From Azolla caroliniana (lineage: Eukaryota > Plantae > Polypodiophyta): 64,000 bases of DNA. Within the stretch, counting starts at the first letter, position 1. Each line of letters opens with the position of its first letter. The notes below the pieces were generated by a model that was given only the letters and a program-made list of their open reading frames with translations, had not been told where the DNA came from and ran no database searches. The stretch spans positions 806,001 through 870,000 of the forward strand of contig JBHGNT010000001.1 of NCBI GenBank assembly GCA_043228905.1, given 5' to 3'. Position numbers and translations under genes: made by a program. Of this stretch, positions 49,489 to 62,549 are shown piece after piece.

Positions 49489-51662
49489 GTGGTGGTGGTG
49501 GTGGTGGTAGTAGTAGTAGTAATAGTAGTAGCATTAGCAGTAGTAACGATAAGAAGACGAAGACAGAGGAGGAGGAGGAGGAGGAGGAGGAGGAGGAAGC
49601 AGCAGCAGCAGCAGCGATGATTAGGAGGAAGAAGCGTGCAAGTGAAGGAGGAGGAGGAGGAGGAGGAGGAGGAGCGGCAGCGATGGCGGAGGCGGAGGCG
49701 GAGGCGCTGCGGCGCCGCTCTTCTGGTTCAGGTTTAGGTGGTTCAGGTGGTTCAGAGGATTCAGGGAGGGTGATCCACGTCCGAGCCCGCAGAGGAGAGG
49801 CGACAGACAGCCACAGTGTGTCAGAGCGGGTAAACCAAACCCCCCCCCCCAAAAAAAAAAAACTGAGCTGTCTCAAGAGAAATCGATTATTAGAGACAGA
49901 GAGAGAAGAGAGAGTAGTCGCTATTTTCTCTGTGTTTGTTTTTTCTCCTCCCTCCCCTATTTTCTCTGCTTCCTGTTCATATCTGTGTCTTCTTCTTTTA
50001 ACTATGTATATACATATCGATAACCAACAACCATATGTATACATATAGGATAGGATGATATACATACATATATGTAAGTAACTATAGATTTATCGATATC
50101 TACATAGATATAAATACATACATGTGGATATGTATCAGTAGTATATATATACATATTGATATACATATACATATAAAACTAACTAACTAACTAACGAACC
50201 AGCCCAACCCGCCCTTCCTTTCTCCCCCATTCTACTGGTTGCCGGTTGGAACTTGGGCCTCCCACACTAACTAGCTAGCATAACATATTATTGAACGCAC
50301 ACATCCTCATCTTTCCTACTTGCATGTAGAAACCATGGTCCAAACCTTCCCTCGATACGCGCGCGTGTGTGTTTGGATCGAAACTCAACTCCTTGTCCAC
50401 ACCATCTTACAACCAGACCCGTGAAACCCTCTTCAACAGACCGAAAGAGCCGACAAATGTTGCACTTGCTCTTAGAAACGTGCACGGATTGCACTCGCCC
50501 TTTCCTTGTTCATCAAATTGTGACTATACTATACATCCCGTCATAAATAACACTTTTTAAGTAAATGTGGTTTCTAGCTTTCGACCTTCTTGTAATGTTA
50601 CAATTTTAAAAGCTAAATGTATATGTTTTCAGCTTAGACGTGAGCGAATCAATACGCGCATGAAACTCCTCCAAGAACTCATCCCAAATTGCGAGAATGT
50701 AATCATTATACTCTTTGTATATGTATATTCGCTTGGTTAGTTAGTAAATCCTATTAAATGTCGATTAATTTTATGATGATGTCATTAATCCAACTAGTTG
50801 GGCAAAGCTGCAATTTTGGAAGAGATAATCAACTATGTGAAATCTTTGCAACAACAAATTGAATTTCTATCGATGAAGCTCGCTGCAACAAGCCCTACTA
50901 ACATCATCCGTGAGCTCCAATCTGACCAGGTAATAATTTTATATATCAACACTAATTGAAATATTATCATACATGTAACATTCCTTCCTTAACATTGCAC
51001 TTAATAATTAGAATTAGGTTTATAACAATGTAAAGTTTTAAAGGGTGATGTAGTTGCCTTTTCTAATATAACTTGGTAGGGTGATGCCATTGCCTTCACT
51101 AGCAATGCACTCCAAAAAATGTCAATGTTGTAAAGCACTAGTATTGATATAATTATAATCCGTTGTAAACTTTGCACACTGATTATTGAAGATTACAAGC
51201 ATCAACAACATTGGCTGTATTGGTTTACACTCATTAGAAAGCGATGTGCCATCATTTCCACTCACTCACTCTCTTTTTCTAGTGAAAGTGATAGCAAAAT
51301 ACTTTCTAATAAGAATAATTCACATAAATAAATAAGTACATAATCATAAAAGTAAATAGTACATTTACAATTTAAGACGTATGAATGAAAAGAAGATTAT
51401 ATGTTGTGTATGCATGACATGCATATTTGGTTTCTTTTTTTGGTTCTAAATTGGGAAATATATCTGTAAACAACCAAATCATTCAATGTTAGGAAGACAT
51501 TGATGAACAAGGATTAACTTATTGTATAACAATTACTTCATTTTTTTCACACATGTACAATCAATCCTCATTACTTTTATCGTTGGTTTTTTGCAGAACT
51601 GGATATATTTTGTTGAGCCAAGGGTCACCTTAGGGAAGATGGAGAATCCTTGCATGACATAA
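48609..51662 (+). CDS. bHLH transcription factor, CIB/BEE/BPE-like (subfamily XII)
   Basis: Exons 48609-49829, 50633-50698, 50798-50929, probable last exon 51597-51662 (uncertain); [65 protein letters not shown]. Confidence 0.9.
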
Positions 51663-54600
51663 CTTGGTAGACAATTATGTGATCTTTATTTGTGCGCTTT
51701 GATTAAATCACTTTGACTACAAGAAACCGAGTACATTGTACCCTTACTGAATACGTTAAATTTCATTGTACCCTGCCTGAGTACATTTCCTTTACCCATG
51801 GGCCATGATTAATATGTTGCTACACTAGATATTTAGTGCACTCTCGGTTTTTCTAGGCAAGTGAGAAAGTTGTAAATAACATGATTTCATGCAAGGTAAG
51901 AACCTTTTTCCTCAAGGTGAAAAGTAAATGTAGCTCATGCATAAGTCTACATCAATCTAACACATTCTTTTTGAGAATATCTATTGATGATAAGAAAACT
52001 TGCCATCATATATTGAACTACATTTTAAGAGAAGAAAATATTATGAAATTGTCTAAATTTATAAGACACGAATACAAAGTGTTTCGTGATGCGATCTTTT
52101 GGCTAGATGGAATGTTGCATCAACTAAGTATTACTAGTATTTAAGGAGCATATGTCTAGATCTAATTTGTAATGCCATATTTTTTAGGGTGCATTCTCTC
52201 AAACTATAGTATTTTATGAATTTTATGAGAGTTCCAAAGCTCCGGCCCCAAGACAGGGGCACAGGGGAAATATATCCCTCCATAATTCCTTCATTGGAAA
52301 CCTCCTTCAACGTGAAGAGCAAGCGAAGTCAATGGTCTAGATGCATGCATGTTGTCGTCGAGGCACACTAAATGCCCTTGAACCTGCAATCAAGCCTACT
52401 ACTAAACAGAGCTAAGCCTCCACATTCACTTGGTGACCCACGAAATGCCCCATGTTTTTTTACTCACCTAACATTCTGCCCCGCCGAAAGAAGAAGGCAA
52501 AGAAGGGAGTACCCCACAATAATAGGGAGGAGGGAACATCATGTTCCCAAACTACCCCTCTCTTTCCAATGAAAATCAGTAAGTAATCATATATGTACAT
52601 ATTAAGAACCCATGTCCTAGACTTTGCTCAGCTACCCCCCTAAAAAAATTTAATAGACACATGCACGCATTAGAACACATCCACACACCCACATCCACAC
52701 ACAACCACCCCCAAACTCATACACATAAAATAAAATTCCAATAGCACTTACACATTGTTTTGACTCTTGAGCATTTCAATTTTCAACAAACACAACATCG
52801 ATTTTAGGTGTTTTAAAAGTGACATTAATTATGTGAAGTGATGGAATTCAATGTAAAAAAGACAGTGGAGTATGCACTCTTTGAATATCACAATCTTTTT
52901 GAAAGTCGCTTGTTTTGAGCATTCCGGCCATAACGACATCCGATTAAGACCTTTCAACATGATTTATGTTATACGTTATTGTGAGTATGCAAGTAGCTCA
53001 TGGAATCTCTATGCATCAACAAAACACATTTCCCCCTATTTTCATTTGGTGATTTCAACCGATTATTATTGGTTTGACTATAAATCAATCGAGTAATTCC
53101 CTAAAGTTTGTCGTATCTACTAAGTATGCATTCCATTGTATGCAATATGCAACTGATAGGGCAAAGCGTTGAAATATTTAACCCTTCTATTTGGTGCAAA
53201 CAAATAAAACTAGTTATTGTCTGTTAATTCTGGAAGGAAAACATAATATGTATCAGGAAAAAAAGACTTATATATAGTGTTCTTGTTAAACTGGCAACAC
53301 TTTTGGGAGGAGACGTTTATATACTACCATTCTCCCAATGGCCATGTATGAAATGCAATCAAGGTGCATTCAACTAACATGGATAAATTTCTTCAACATT
53401 TGGGTACAAATAGTTGGAGCTTTTTCAACTAGACGCTTAGGTGTCTAGACAAGGTGAACTTACAAGTTACGCTCATAGCCCCTTTTGTGTTGACTTTTGG
53501 GTTTCCTCGTAAGGTAAAAGCACTTGGAAAGAAGATAGTTTAATGAAGGGTGGTAAGGTTACCGTCAACCGTGAAACACATCCACATCCTCATAAAAACC
53601 AATTAAATAACAATAAAAAAATAAAGGATTTTTGTTAAAATATGCTATTTATCCGCAATATATATATATGCTTCGTCATAATTGAGGCGTCCAATCAAAC
53701 GAAACATTAGTATGAAGATTGGTCAAGAGATGATTTTTTGCTAAAATTTCGATAGTCAGTTGTCCACGTCCATTTAATTAGAGAGTAAGTGTGTCTTGAT
53801 TGCAATAATCAAAGTTGAACTTGCAAATAGCCTACATTTGCATATTAGTCTACTTTTCTCCATATTTTTTGAATAGAAACACAAACCTTCATAACACTGG
53901 CCTTAATTTGGGTGGGTGAGTATATCAATCTAAAACTATCTTTCTCGTTTTTTGCTCTCACTAATTTTCATACGAAAAAAACATTAGAAGACAACGAATG
54001 AGGTTTAGGGTAATAACGATAACCACTATTTTTTATCTTTCGCTCCTCATTGGGAGCTAGATTTGGTGAATTTGGTGATCGGTTGCAATGATTGAGACAT
54101 AGATGACTACGATGCTTATTGGGTGGGGTCTCTTAATGGATGTGCACAACACAATATATTCCCCTCTTGCTTATCATCACACTATAAAACCATAGTAGAC
54201 AATGGGATAAAAAATTTAAACAACTGCCTTTTTTTTAGTTTTGCTCCTAACTGAATGCGAGACTTAGTGATAGCTTATTGCAATCGAGAAGTAGATGGCT
54301 ACAATGCTAATATTGAATCGTTTGTTTGCGGGATCAATGCTGTTTAGGGCTCCCATAAAGGGATTATACTTTCAAATGCAAAGTTCTCGTTATAATGAGC
54401 ATTGAGGAGCCTATAAAATAGACTTTAGATGGGAAGGCAAGAATGCACACATTTGGAGAGAAGATATGCATAAATACACTACATATACATATGTATGTAC
54501 ATGCATACACTTCGAGAATAATAAAATCCAAGGGTAGGAGGGTTATTATAGAAGGGGTAGGTAGGTAGAAGGGGCATCTCTACATGGTCAGTAACAAATG

Positions 54601-54783
54601 CAGTGAAAAACAAATACATATTATGTGCACACACACAGACACAAAGACCGCGACGGGGGAGGACGGTGATGGAGACGGGACCCCTCTCCTCTACAGCCAA
54701 GCGGAAGCATCTCCACGGCAGTCGTGGTGACCTAAATCTTAAACTCGAAACCCTAGAAACAACAAATTCTCGAATCCTTAAAC

Positions 54784-54799
54784 CCAGACCCAGACCCCG

Positions 54800-54834
<35 letters not shown>

Positions 54835-54905
54835 GCTAAACCCTAAGTCTGAAATCCGTACCTGAACCCTAAACCCTGGAAAACGGTAGAGCCCTGAACC
54901 CTACT
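54784..54905 (+). repeat. (AACCAG)n repeat and telo-box-like AAACCCT motifs just upstream of the coiled-coil gene
   Basis: AACCAG x5-6 at 54801-54834; AAACCCTA and AACCCTAAACCCT at 54838-54877. Confidence 0.7.
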
Positions 54906-54908
54906 CTC

Positions 54909-57857
54909 ATGCCTCCAGAAAGTAATGAGCCAGACGAGGAATCAATAAACCCTGAAGCCCAGACCTATACTATTCCAATGGCGTCCTGGTCCTGGTCCTC
55001 ATCCCATGGTGGTGAGGACACGCTGATGTCATCATTGACAAAAGAACACACGGGAATCCTGCAGATCCGGCAGGCCCCATCACCGTTACCACCATCACCT
55101 TCATCTGTAGCCAGCTCTAACGTAAATTCCTGCAGAGTCACTCGAGTAATTGGAGGACGAAAGATTAGGGGAGACCCTTTTTCCCAATTATCAAGGTCTG
55201 GGCACCTTTTCCGCCGTCACCATCGCCACCACTTCAAACGTCCGTTTCACACCTCGTCTCGAGGCTTAATCCAAGGTGGCAACAGAGGCGGAGGTGGTAT
55301 CACCACTGGCCCTTCCACCCCAGTGCCAAGCTGGAAAGCTCGCGAGATCCCTATGGAGTGGAACACTCGAAAGCAAATGCGGATGCACAATCAAAGTCAA
55401 AGCCAAATGCAAATGAAAAAGCAAAATGAAGTGCAAATGCAACATGAGTTGCAAAACCAAATGCAGATACAATATGACTTGGAAAATCAAGTGCAACATG
55501 ATATGAGAAATCAGGTGCAAAAGCAAAAACAAAAGCATTTGAATACATCGAAGGTTGTCTCAGTACGGCGATTGGCAGCCTCTCTTTGGGAGAGCTCCAT
55601 TACCTCTCCTCGCAGCTTTTCGCCCAGTACATTATCACGATCCTCTAATATAGATCATCATCACCCCCAGGTTTGTAAGTCTTCACATTTATTCATCTTC
55701 GCTGTAATTTGTAAACCTACCATTAGGAATGAAAACAAAATGCTCATCAGGAATATAATCTATAAAAAGCTGACCAAGAATATAACATATATCCATGTTA
55801 ACATATATTTAAAATGTATAAACCCAGATCTGTACTTGGAAATTTGTTGGATTTTAATGCCTTGTCTTATTACAAATACGTTTGTTCAATACTCCTAAGA
55901 TTTAGGTATTGAGATGACAAGAATTTCATGTATTAATCCTGGTTGATGGTATCAATGAGCTCCTTGAGGTTCTTTTTTTGCTGAAGATCTATAGCGTTTG
56001 GTTTCTTCCTGTTTCAATCTATGGTGTCATTAAGTGTTATCAATGTAACTATGCTTTGGAATGACATTATTGCATGTATTAATGCATATATCCTCGTTGA
56101 TAACTCATTGAGAATGTATAAATCCTCTTCAATGCTCATAGAGTATTGATAAATTTTCTTCTAATACCTATTAATTATCCAAAAATCCTTGTCTGTTGCC
56201 AAAGTCTTGACAGTTAACTTCGAGTCACTAATGTCAGAGATCTACTATTGTCCAGAGGTAAGTTGACAGGATAATAAAAACAACAAAAGGCAGAGAATCA
56301 TGATGGGGTTTATTTGTGTTCCATATGGAAATTTTGCCTTTCAATCAATCTTTGCTGTTACCTTTTTTATTGGCCGTCAATCTTTGTACGCATTACGATG
56401 ATGTTTTGTTTCAGAAAAATGCGGCCCGAAAAGTTTTTTCTACGTCAACAATGGCAAATGTGATGGCCAGTGGTGTGACAGAATACACTTCTTCAAAGCC
56501 TGACCTAAAGGAGTTTCATCTCCTGGAATTCTCAGAGGAACAATCTGCATTGAGTACACATTTGGTAAATATCTTACAATCTGAGCTCTCTCAAGCTCGG
56601 TCTCAATTACAAATGTTAACGCTGAATGAAAAAGTACGTTGTAAGGCTGTTGAGAACTTAGCCCAAAAATTGGCGATAGAGAGAGCTCGACGGCGAGAGA
56701 AAGAAGAAGAAAGTATTAAAATCGCCGTACAATCAATCAAACAAGAGCTTGAAGAAGAAAAGAAGTCGACCCAAAAGCTCAAGTTGCAGCTCCACAACAA
56801 TACGGTAGAGAAAGAGCTTTGGGAATGTAAGAGAAGGTTGAATAAAGCTCTGGAAGAACTTGAGAAAGAGATCAAGGCTCGGCGACTGATGGAAGATGTG
56901 TGCGATGAATTAGCAAGGGAGATAAGTGATGACAAAGAAAGGGTAGAAGAGTTGAAACGTGAGTCGATGAAAATGAGGGGAGAGGTGGAAGAAGAGAGAA
57001 AAATGCTTCAATTAGCAGATATCTGGAGGGAAGAACGTGTGCAAATGAAGCTTACTGATGCAAAACTAGAGATGGAAGTGAAGACGTTGGCTCTGGATAA
57101 GTTAAGAAGCGATGTGGAGGCCTTTTTCATGAAAGCTAAACGTAGAGTTGATGAGAAGGTGAAACCTTCTGTAATCGGATCTGGCGATGGTCGACCATCT
57201 CCTTACATTAGCAGTGATTTGCATGATTTAGCTGTTTTCCAAGGTTTGGCCAGACACTTTCAGCCAGGTGACAATTCAAGAATGGTTAATCCTGTTCAGA
57301 AATCTACTGATTCAGCTCACGACCATGAGCTAATTAAGGAAAACAATCAGAGGGGCTGCAACATTGAAGATTCAGAGCTTGACCTTGAAGAAGCATTTGA
57401 CGATGATGATTTGCATTCAATTGAATTGAATAAGGATCGACACTTGAAATGGACACACATTCCTTTCCATCATTTCCATCAATGTGAATATGAGTACAGA
57501 GGAGAAGATTTTATCGATCAAAGAGCTTTGCTTCCAAATGGACATGTTAACTCGGAACAAAATGAAGGTGAAAGAGGAACTAGGGAACTCCGAGATTATT
57601 CATGTTGGATTGAATGCACTGCCAATGAAAGTGAGAAAATGAGAGATTGGAGTCTGAAGGAACATAATGAGAGAAGTATTAAATCATGGCAAAACATGGA
57701 GCAGCATACGAGTTCACTTAACCCAAATGTGAAAGCAAGAAATATGACCAAGGCTTACAGGCGTGCTTCTCTTTATGAGGACACCAATGACAACCTGTTG
57801 ATTGTTCGTGATCCTTTGCATATAATTTCTAGTCCAGTGCGGCAATGGAATCATTGA
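54909..57857 (+). CDS. Coiled-coil protein of the BRANCHLESS TRICHOME / At5g41620-like family
   Basis: Exons 54909-55670 and 56415-57857 (phase 0); GPSTPVPSWK, VSVRRLAASLWE, LMEDVCDELAREI, EEERKMLQLADIWREERVQMKL, DDLHSIEL motifs. Confidence 0.88.
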
Positions 57858-59339
57858 TGGGCTTCTCCATTTGTAGGGCATAACGTTTCCAGTCCATCAA
57901 AATAAAGGAAGTTGTAAGTGAATCTCGGAACCCTTTGTTAGTTGGGCTTTTGTACATCCACTGAGTGATGGAAAAGATATTTGTCCACATATCTGCATGT
58001 TGATATGTAATTCTTTACTTTTATATGATTACTTCCAGCAACAAAGTTATTCAAATATTCATGTGATGTTAACAGCATTTAGTGTTGCATCAAAAAAATT
58101 CATTTTGATGATGTATATAATCTGTGGTTTGATTTTGTGTGACAGAGGAGCTGACACTTGCTGGTACTGTGCACCAAACATTTTAGCTCATTGAGTTTAT
58201 GCATTAAATCTTTAAGACCATTGACACTGGCATGCAAACACTTTGGGTAACTGCAGTGCTGGGTAACCGCAGACTCGAAGACCATTCACGAGTGCAACTA
58301 TTATGAAGTTGGAATTCAATTTTATAGGTCTATACTTGCAATGCTAGCTCCTGGTATCACAGTTGATCTAATGACCATAGCTACATTGGCATGTAAATGA
58401 TCTTTTCCTTGTGCACATCTATATCCTCCTATTATTGAGTATTTAAGGAGGGACAATGTATGCTTTTTCACTTCTCCCAATGTGCATACAGCATCAATGA
58501 CTTTATGATATCCAAACAAGTCAGACACAACTATCTCAGCAATATTTTAATAACAATGTTAAGGTTTGAGTCCAAATATGTATGTTCATAACATAATAGC
58601 TTCTTCCAATGAATAGAGTCGTGATTTTCTTTATGCTACATAATATATATAAGAAACATAGTTACACATTTTTCAGGCTCCTTATCACAAAAAAATTCAC
58701 ATTAAGCCCAAACTAAGATGCAGATATTCAAGATGACCTTAGGACCAATTTGGAATTACTTGGGAAATGAGTTTTGTCAAGTATGATATTCAAACACTAA
58801 TTGCATTTTAGTTATTAAGTGAGCATTGTGTTGTGATTTGGACAAGTAATTTGAACCTTAATTCTCTAATTATGTTTCCACTTAGAAAGCCACATTGTTT
58901 GTTTTACTAATGGGGATACATTAATTATGATGATGATAATTTGTGCATTCAATCATAATGATTAAAACTAGATTGATAGTGAGAGAACGATGAATTGAAT
59001 GTTTGAAGTGGTTGAGAGGGATTAATTTGAATGATGATAAAGTCCGATGTCTAACTAGAGTACTTAATCATAGGAGTCATCGAAAAGAAGAATCATGCAT
59101 TCATTATTAGTGCAATTGAGAGTGATCAATGGCCATTAATGACATCAAAATTCGATATTCAATTATAGTAACAGAAAGGGGTTTAAGTTCGGAATGGAGC
59201 TTAAATTTAGAGTGATTTAATCATGCCATATGATGAATTGGGCACTTAAATTTAATGTAAAATTGATACCAATCAAATCTCTCAATTCCTCAAAAATGCC
59301 GGTTAATTTGAAGTGAAATCCCGGAAATAATCTTGATCT

Positions 59340-59682
59340 TGCATAAAATTCTTTAATTATTCTTTGCAATGAGCTAATCCTTTTCTAATAGTTGGAATCT
59401 GATTCTAGCATTGGTGACTAAGTCTGCTCAAGTGATTAATTAAGCTTTAATGAAGGCACATGATCAACATTGGAGAGATACAGCCCCAGACAACTCCTCC
59501 TCTTGCTCAGCACATGCTCCAGATGGTTTCTTTAAAAAACCCAGAGCCGCATAAAATCCCTTAATTATTCTTCGCAATGAGCTTTTCTAATCCTTTTCTA
59601 ATAGTTGGAACATGATTCTACCATTGATGACTAAATCTGCTTAAGTGTGATTAATTATGCTTTAATGAGGGCACACGATCAA
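59340..59682. repeat. ~130-bp direct duplication
   Basis: 59340-59467 ~ 59549-59682. Confidence 0.8.
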
Positions 59683-60016
59683 GATGGTTTCCTTAAAACA
59701 ACTAGAACCTAAATAGAGCTTCTCAATTTGAAGCATGGCATTTTGATTGATGTCAACAATCATCAATGTGGTCAATGCAGTTGGTGAGATCGAAGAGTTT
59801 ATGCAAATAGTTGAGCGTTAAGAATCATATCGAACTTACGCTTACAAGAGTGTTCTTTGAACTCTCCTCTGTTGCTTTCTAGTTTGTCTATTTTGCTCCT
59901 TTCAAATCCAGAACAAGAATTTCACATGGTCCTTCCTCTTTAGAAAGGCGAGACTTGACCATGTTAAGATGGCGGTGTACCACAAAGTGGAAGAGGTGGA
60001 TGGAGATGTTATTACT

Positions 60017-60268
60017 AAGCCCAGATGGATGTAGCTCAGTTGGTAAGGTTGCCCAATGGAGACCAGGTGGCCATGGGTTCAACCCCTACATTCTATAGTG
60101 GCATCTAGTGAAATATGAGATATATATAGTGTAATATAGAGGTGAGAAAAGTGAAATATGAGATAGTCTAATATAGAGGTGAGAAAATTGGGTTTCAAAC
60201 CCAAGATATAGTGCTAGTAGTGCGAATGGCTTACCACTAGGGTAAGCTAATTACAATAAAAAAGAAGA
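60017..60268 (+). mobile_element. tRNA-derived SINE
   Basis: A box TAGCTCAGTTGG 60032-60043; B box GGTTCAACC 60076-60084; A-rich tail; 13-bp TSD AGATGTTAT(T/G)ACT at 60004-60016 and 60269-60281. Confidence 0.8.
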
Positions 60269-60399
60269 AGATGTTATGACTCAATAAGTTATCCAACAAT
60301 GCCAAGAATCCATCCATTCGTTTATTTTGCGATATGGACAAGTGTAGCCATGCCAAAGAAGCCTAAGGTGTCACAACCACCAATGTTTGTGACGTAAGA

Positions 60400-62050
60400 T
60401 GGATCCAACAAAACTCATTTTCTTGGGAAGTGGGTATTTCCACTAGATCGTGTTGTAAAGCCACAAACATTTCCAACCAAGTATTTGCATTAGTCTATGG
60501 CCTTGTAACTACAACCTAATTTGCCATACCTTTCAAATACGTATTCTTGCAATATAAATTTGCTTGCAAGTATTTAACTGGGGTTTTAGCTTGGCTCTCT
60601 AAAAGATATTAATTTTTTTTTAATGATCCATCAATTACAATGACGTCAAACAATGCTTGGTGAGAACACAAGGTTAAGTGAATGTAAATAATACCTTATA
60701 AAGAGTATCAGAATTTTCCTCTTGAGTTTGAGCCATTTTATTACCCAAAAAAGAAAGCATTTCATTACCAAAATGGAAATGGTCTCCAAAGAATGCATCA
60801 TAATGTAAGAGCTGAATTTTAACACCAAGGTTTCCACGATAGCAAATTTTGAAAGGTTGTTAAAAGATGGCCCTGCATCAACACAAGTAAAACAAAACAC
60901 TATAAAACAAAAAATATTTTTTCATTTTCATAATATTGTAATAACATCATAAAAATGAATTGATATTACATTTGGGGCTAAGAATCATCTCCGTTTCCCA
61001 TGAAAACATCTAAAAAAGTCATTTGAAAGAGAATATATAAATTCATTTACCATACTACCATCCAAAAATGGCTTGTGAAAAGAGAATAACATATTTCCAT
61101 TACCCTTATCTTAGAACGTGACTTTTTTTAGAGAGAGAAGAACTTCCAAAGTTGGTTGTCATTCTCATGCCAAGTGTCGAGGACAAGAGGAGTGCCCTCT
61201 TTTATCTCCTTTGACTTAAATTTCTCATGATAAAAATGGAATAACGGCTTCTCCTCGGGCTCATGCAAGAGTGTTACGTTGAGCAAAGTGTCACTAGCCA
61301 TTCTCACACTTCTAAAACCCTCTCCAAAATCTTGGCTCTCTATAAAGAGAATGTCTTTGTCAATTACTCATGGCTTCAAATCAACCAAATGAAGCTGCAC
61401 CATATGCAATACATATCATATCAAAGCAAAGAAAATATAAGCATTATTTATGAAGCTAAATATAAATTTAAAACGAAACCGAAGTCAAGTTTTGAGAACC
61501 TCGTCCATTTATGAAAAAGAAACAAGTATGAGGGAGAAGTATTTGGAAATTCATACATATCATACATTAAACTAAGACTCTATAGAGTCCACACCATTTC
61601 TTTAACATGGAGAGGAATATAAAGAGTAAAACTCAAATTAAGATAGGCATTTGTCAACATGCATAATTTACGAAACCCAAATATAGACAAGGGGAAGTAC
61701 TTGCTCAACACATTAGCCATATTGAAACCAACAATAATTTGCAAACAACATTGATTGCAATAGTGATTCTCCTCATAAACATCCATAGAATCCACTACTC
61801 TATGTGAGCACCAAGGAGAATTAAAGACTTAAGTGGGTGAAATGAGTTGTGAATGGAGTGAACGACAACTACCAAACCTCCTCGGACGCCAAGGAGTTCC
61901 TTTAATATTAGCCATGAAACCAACAAGCTAGGGACTACCAATAAGAATATGTTATAATTTTCAAGCCAAGTGAATTGGCCAATTTTGGGATGATTCCTTT
62001 GAGAAGCATACATATGATCCACTACCCTTAACCTGAAACCTAATATTTTC
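60400..62050 (-). mobile_element. Degenerate LINE RT relic
   Basis: Fragments such as PVKYL and a QG..L...FAI-like segment in broken frames. Confidence 0.3.
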
Positions 62051-62549
62051 TTTAAAATTGACCATGAAATTAATTAATAACCATGGTAATATCTATGAAT
62101 CAGAGTATAGCACATTTTGAGAGAAGATACAACCAGGAACACCTATCAAAAGTCTTTCTATGAGTCACTACCTGTCAAGCAAGATTGAAAAATTAAATCT
62201 CTAGCTTAAGTGCAATTTTAGCAAGTAATAGCTCTGACTAAGATGTACGTGTAATGTGTGTCTCTCTAATGCATGAATGACCAAATCACATAAAGGATTT
62301 CTTGGGCCAATGTGTGTCTCTCTAATGCAATGTGTGCCTCGGTTCTCCTTTCGCTACGCCTTCCTTTCTCGCTGGGTCAAGTTGTGCGCATTTTCGTTCG
62401 TAGAGTTACCAAGTCCCCTCCCTCACCTACTCTTCCCCCTCCCTGCCGCCTTTCGATGAGAAATATAGAAAATGAAATAACGCCGCCTGTAAGGTCTTGC
62501 ATCCAGCACAAGCACATACTTTCTAACAGCTCCAAAATTCATAAATGAT

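Noticed and set aside
49280-50065. 261-aa minus-strand ORF
   Set aside because: Antisense shadow of the trinucleotide repeats in the bHLH exon
60022-60095. Functional tRNA gene
   Set aside because: A and B boxes are present but there is no convincing cloverleaf; the tail and TSD indicate a SINE
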